The position numbers and the translations under genes are program-made. Below the pieces are notes generated by a model. The model was given only the letters and a program-made list of their open reading frames with translations, was not told the origin of the DNA and made no database searches. Source: an uncultured archaeon (GTDB taxonomy: Archaea > Asgardarchaeota > Lokiarchaeia > Sigyniarchaeales > SOKP01). Taken from it: DNA of 10,210 nucleotides. The stretch spans positions 1-10,210 of the forward strand of contig CAYLZE010000147.1 in the NCBI GenBank assembly GCA_964388035.1, given 5' to 3'. Shown piece after piece: positions 6,529 through 10,210 of the stretch. Positions within the stretch are counted from its first letter, which is position 1, and each line of letters opens with the position of its first letter.

Positions 6529-7263
6529 TTAGAGTTCCAAAGCTTTTATCAATTTATCAATATTCTCACTAGTTTTAGCGCTGGTTAGTATTACTTGGAT
6601 ATTTGGATTGATCTTTTTTGCATCATTGATCATTTTTTCAAGATTAGTCCCTAATCTCTGAGCTAAATCCACTTTATTTATTACAGCAATATCAGACATC
6701 TTGAAAAGCATGGGATGTTTTTCTATAACCCATTCTCCTTCTGTTACTGAAACAATGGTTATTCTTTTATCTGTTCCCAGTATAAAATCCGAAGGGCAAA
6801 TGAGATTTCCCACATTTTCAATGAAAACGAGATCATAGTTTTCTAGATCCTTATTAGAAATTATTTGGTGGATATGGTATGCATTTAACGCACATTCTCT
6901 TCCCGTATTAATTTGTACCGTTTCTGCTCCACGTTCTTCAATCCTATTTGCATCAACTCGGGTAGTTATGTCTCCACAAATCACCAAAATCTTATGAGAA
7001 GGGGAAACTCTCTCACAAATTTTCTCCAGAAGTGCGGTCTTTCCCGCTCCGATTGCCCCCACAATATCATAAGATTTTATTCCATGTGTTTTAAGGCGAT
7101 CGTGATTTCTTTCTGCTAACGCATCGTTATCGTTCTGTACCTTCTTCTTTGTTTCTACGACTTCATCCCTAATTTCATCTCTGGCAAGATTTATGCTTTC
7201 CAGCTCTTGAATTCTTTTTATTTCTCGTTCAGGTTCTTCCGGCAATTCTGATTTTCTCTTCAA
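6529..7263 (-). CDS. hypB: HypB-family (G3E) metallochaperone GTPase, hydrogenase nickel incorporation protein-like, 244 aa
   Basis: Walker A VGAIGAGKT (archaeal HypB type), GDITTRVDA, QINTGREC, IENVGNLICPSDF, VSVTEG, KHP, G4 NKVD, G5 SAK. TTG start. Confidence 0.92.
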   Translation of the reverse strand: MKRKSELPEEPEREIKRIQELESINLARDEIRDEVVETKKKVQNDNDALAERNHDRLKTHGIKSYDIVGAIGAGKTALLEKICERVSPSHKILVICGDITTRVDANRIEERGAETVQINTGRECALNAYHIHQIISNKDLENYDLVFIENVGNLICPSDFILGTDKRITIVSVTEGEWVIEKHPMLFKMSDIAVINKVDLAQRLGTNLEKMINDAKKINPNIQVILTSAKTSENIDKLIKALEL

Positions 7264-7309
7264 TTATAAAAGTTGTTAAATTAACTTTGTATATGTAGAT
7301 TAAAATACT

Positions 7310-7325
7310 AAATAATTAATTATTT
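7310..7325. promoter_or_regulatory. Perfect 16-bp AT palindrome upstream of hypB
   Basis: AAATAATTAATTATTT is its own reverse complement and lies 47-62 nt upstream of the hypB TTG. Confidence 0.3.
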
Positions 7326-7414
7326 TTTGTACTCAAATTGATTCTTCCCTAAGTAATTTCAAACTGACTTACATGATTAATACTGGAAAGATAAATAAAG
7401 TTGATAACAAGGGT

Positions 7415-7801
7415 TTAGAATTCAATGAAACCTTTCTCAGCATTTACTGTGATGAGTTTTCCACTCGGAAGATCTTCAATATTGACATGATGAATTAAGG
7501 GAATATCAGATATGATTGCTCCAACGGCTACAATTGCTTCAACTTGATTGTTTATTATAGCAATAGGAGCTTTCCCATTTTTATGTAGTTGAAAAATAAC
7601 ATATGATCCCACCGTGGAGCCCTTGCCGCATGGGAATGCGAAGATTTTTCCTGCTATGGATTCTCCTTTTAATGGATTATTTGCTGCAATAATTTCTCCT
7701 GTTTGTGGGTCGATATCCCCTAAGAAGGAGATGGGTTCTTTTGAAATCAGAGCAAGTCCCCTTGCTACACCGGGAACAACGCATTGACCATTAATCTTCA
7801 T
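7415..7801 (-). CDS. acnX2: Aconitase X swiveling (small) subunit, DUF126; probable phosphomevalonate dehydratase small subunit, 128 aa
   Basis: PGVARGLALISKEPISFLGDIDPQTGEII, HPL-equivalent NPLKGESIAGKIFAFP, GKGSTVGSYV (catalytic Ser motif), AIVAVGAIISDIP. Overlaps the large-subunit stop by 11 nt (ATGAAGATTAA). Confidence 0.93.
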   Translation of the reverse strand: MKINGQCVVPGVARGLALISKEPISFLGDIDPQTGEIIAANNPLKGESIAGKIFAFPCGKGSTVGSYVIFQLHKNGKAPIAIINNQVEAIVAVGAIISDIPLIHHVNIEDLPSGKLITVNAEKGFIEF

Positions 7802-8933
7802 TAAGAAGCACCTCCAACGGTTTTAGATTGGTTTCAATCCGGGATAAATTTAAGGAATAATGAGCACATTTACTCGAATTAGTACAAGCACACTTAATAC
7901 CTAATTCTTTAATAGGACTAACAACCATGCAGGTGTCCGAAAAAATCTTAATATTCTTTGGAATACTGCTAAATTTTTGCTTATTTTCTTTTGTCGTAAA
8001 GATCCATATCTCTTTTGAGGTGTTATTTTTACTGATGATTTCTTTAATCTCTTCCACGGAACAATGAGGACAGCCAAAGGTGATGATAGAACATTCTCTT
8101 TTTGTCATGAATCTGTTTTGGACGGCATCTAGATCTTCACGCCTTATGGGGATAATTTCAGGATTATCTATATTTTCTGCTTCTGGTGTAATTTTGGGAA
8201 TCATGAACATGGGTACTCCTCCGCTAGCTGCTGTTCCTGCACCTAAAGATTTTAATTGGTCCCAATTTGCTTTTTTAATCCCCCTTATTAATGGTATCTT
8301 GTTCTTAGAGATTTCACCAACATGATATCCTAACAGAGAATAATCAAAATCCTGTAATTCAAAATCAACATCAAATATTAAATGAGCAATTCGATTTTCG
8401 TTCAAGTGAAGTCCGTAATTGGGAGTTTTTCCTATCAAGGCAGCAGATAAAGCACTGGGGCCTCCTTCGCGATTTGTTCTTGCACCTAAAACGGAATTCG
8501 CAAATATCACGGCAGAAGATTCAGACCAAGCAACGTGAGAACCAAATTTAGGGACCAAACCCGCCAAATAGGGTGTACAAGTACAACTTTTACGTACTCC
8601 CATGGAAACGAGGGCGTCAATTATTTTCATTTGCTTTTTTGCGAATTCATTTGAAATGCCCATACTCTTCCAGTCCTCTAAATCCATTCCAGCAGGGTTC
8701 ATGCGACTTTCTACGACCACTTGAACACCATGATTCGCCCACTCTTGCAAGAATTCTAAGCCGGCATCTCCAATGGTTTTATAAGATATTCCCGCAATTT
8801 GGGTGGATTCAATAGGAATGAGTTGTTCGGCATGGAAAATGTCTCCTAAAGTTGTTAAGATTCTCATTGCTTTTGCTTTTATTTCCCCTTGTTCTCCATC
8901 CAATATGCGTTCTTCTTCTTTTGAAAGATACAT
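7791..8933 (-). CDS. acnX: Aconitase X catalytic (large) subunit, DUF521; probable phosphomevalonate dehydratase large subunit (Fe-S), 380 aa
   Basis: MYLSKEEERILDGEQG, AGISYKTIGDAG, MNPAGMD, CTCTPY, WSESSAVIFANSVLGARTNREGGPSAL, GCPHCS, DTCMVVSP, TNSSKCAHY. All three Fe-S Cys motifs are present. Confidence 0.95.
   Translation of the reverse strand: MYLSKEEERILDGEQGEIKAKAMRILTTLGDIFHAEQLIPIESTQIAGISYKTIGDAGLEFLQEWANHGVQVVVESRMNPAGMDLEDWKSMGISNEFAKKQMKIIDALVSMGVRKSCTCTPYLAGLVPKFGSHVAWSESSAVIFANSVLGARTNREGGPSALSAALIGKTPNYGLHLNENRIAHLIFDVDFELQDFDYSLLGYHVGEISKNKIPLIRGIKKANWDQLKSLGAGTAASGGVPMFMIPKITPEAENIDNPEIIPIRREDLDAVQNRFMTKRECSIITFGCPHCSVEEIKEIISKNNTSKEIWIFTTKENKQKFSSIPKNIKIFSDTCMVVSPIKELGIKCACTNSSKCAHYSLNLSRIETNLKPLEVLLNED
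7809..7815 (-). promoter_or_regulatory. Shine-Dalgarno GGAGGTG for the AcnX small subunit, embedded in the large-subunit CDS
   Basis: Minus strand GGAGGTG CTTCTTA ATG, with a 7-nt spacer. Confidence 0.7.
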
Positions 8934-9010
8934 GATAAAATTTCCTTATTGGGAGATTATCAAAATCAATATTTTCTTCTGAGGGATTCTAATCCGTTTA
9001 ATTTTAAACT

Positions 9011-9017
9011 AAAAAAA
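9011..9017 (-). terminator. T7 tract immediately after the ubiD-family stop codon
   Basis: A7 on + strand at 9011-9017 abutting TAA (9018-9020). Confidence 0.35.
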
Positions 9018-10210
9018 TTAAAATTTTACTCTATTATAACCTGAATTATCTACTAAGGGTTTTGTAGCGTTGATTCCCCACTTGCTTGTTATATTATCTC
9101 TCGCTGAGGGATCTAATGAAGATCCTTTTGCATTGGGGATAATTAAAATACTTTTATCAGGTTGCACTCTCGTGGCAATTGCCCATTCTACTTCTTCTAA
9201 ATTTGTAATGTCAATATCTTCATCAACAATAATTACTCTTTTAAGACTGGGATGAGCGGCTAAAGCAGCAAGAATAGCATTCATTGGATCTCCCTCCGTT
9301 CTTTTTTTTATCTGAACTACCGCGTGAAGCCAACAATTGCCTCCTGGTGTTAGAACCACATTTTTTACCGTAGGAAGAGTATTCGAAACCATTTTATAAA
9401 TTCGAGGTTCTTGAGGTATTCCCATTAGCATTTTGTGCTCCTTCCCTCCCGGGAGAATGGTTCTATAGATAGGACTTTCACGATGATACAGTGTATCTAT
9501 CACAAGAACGGGTTGCTGACGTACTTGATCAAGAGTGCCCGTTAGATCAATAAATGGACCTTCAGCAGCGATTTCCTTAGTAATACGACCTTCAAGCACG
9601 AATTCTGAGTTTGAGGGCACGCTAATTCCATTTGGCAAGGTAAAAACTTCTAATTTTCCTAAAAATGAAGCTGCCAGTTCCAACTCATCTAATTTTGGTG
9701 CGGAAAATGCTGCTGCTAATTCGATCGCAGGATGAACTCCCATGACGATTGCTACATCTAAATCTATATTTTTCCTCATTGCTTCTTGATAGGCATTATC
9801 TAAATGCCTCTGAGCAACCACCCTTATGGAAAATTTATTGTTGTTTATATACATCAATCTATGAAAGGAAGCGTTCAAGCGATCCTCGTTAGGATATTTT
9901 GTGATTACAATGCTAGAGGTAATATATCTTCTATTTCCATAAAAATCAATAATTGGCAAAAACTGTTCAATCTTGTTTGAATTCATCGCTATCTTATTCT
10001 TTAAAAATGGAGCCTCTTGAGTCTTGGTGCATGGTTTGAGATCTTCTAATTTATCTGATATAAATGTAATAATATTTTCTTTTTGAATTCCTAAAGCTAA
10101 AGCAACCATCTCTCGGGAATGAATCAATCCACATACAATAGGGATGGTATATTCTTCGATTTTGAATTTAGTAGGTACTTCATTTGCAAGTTGAATTTCT
10201 TTTGCAACAT
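9018..10210 (-). CDS. ubiD: UbiD-family prFMN-dependent decarboxylase, probable trans-anhydromevalonate 5-phosphate decarboxylase (5'-partial; true start beyond window)
   Basis: NASFHRLM, IRVVAQRHL, EFVLEGRI, EGPFIDLTGTLD, EHKMLMG, WLHAVVQI, HPSLKRVIIVDEDIDI, VEWAIATRVQ, GSSLDPS, KWGINATKP. The frame is open upstream of TTG 10127 to the window end (VAKEIQLANEVPTKFKIEEYTIPIVCG). Adjacent to both AcnX subunits. Confidence 0.93.
   Translation of the reverse strand, partial: VAKEIQLANEVPTKFKIEEYTIPIVCGLIHSREMVALALGIQKENIITFISDKLEDLKPCTKTQEAPFLKNKIAMNSNKIEQFLPIIDFYGNRRYITSSIVITKYPNEDRLNASFHRLMYINNNKFSIRVVAQRHLDNAYQEAMRKNIDLDVAIVMGVHPAIELAAAFSAPKLDELELAASFLGKLEVFTLPNGISVPSNSEFVLEGRITKEIAAEGPFIDLTGTLDQVRQQPVLVIDTLYHRESPIYRTILPGGKEHKMLMGIPQEPRIYKMVSNTLPTVKNVVLTPGGNCWLHAVVQIKKRTEGDPMNAILAALAAHPSLKRVIIVDEDIDITNLEEVEWAIATRVQPDKSILIIPNAKGSSLDPSARDNITSKWGINATKPLVDNSGYNRVKF

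Noticed and set aside
6913-9735. Short + strand ORFs 6913-7119, 8080-8325, 8573-8815, 9070-9255 and 9535-9735
   Set aside because: Antisense to hypB, acnX and ubiD with no independent support.
9018-10127. TTG 10127 as the UbiD start, and a role in ubiquinone synthesis
   Set aside because: The frame is open to the window edge and 369 aa is short for the family. The AcnX context and EGPFIDLTG motif favour the mevalonate-pathway decarboxylase.
1-10210. CRISPR arrays, tRNA/rRNA, IS elements, integrases or defence systems
   Set aside because: No regularly spaced repeats, cloverleaf-like segments, terminal inverted repeats, or transposase/nuclease motifs were seen.

Overview
AT-rich archaeal chromosomal window. 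The archaeal assignment rests on the archaeal mevalonate-pathway genes, an archaeal-type HypB, GGAG/GGAGGTG ribosome-binding sites and oligo-T terminators. The style suggests an Asgard/Lokiarchaeia-like genome, which is inference. Left to right: probable 3' end of a + strand gene; an AMP-forming acyl-CoA ligase (-) whose real start appears to be a non-canonical ATT about 150 nt upstream of the first ATG; a cytoplasmic penicillin-acylase/Ntn-hydrolase (-); a divergent 487-aa hypothetical protein (+) with three helical-hairpin repeats and a Gly-rich core motif; a stand-alone left-handed beta-helix protein (-); a HypB-family GTPase (-) lacking the canonical Ni-binding His; and a UbiD-AcnX(large)-AcnX(small) cluster (-) matching the Aeropyrum-type archaeal mevalonate pathway, with UbiD running off the right edge. 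No rRNA, tRNA, CRISPR or mobile element was seen.
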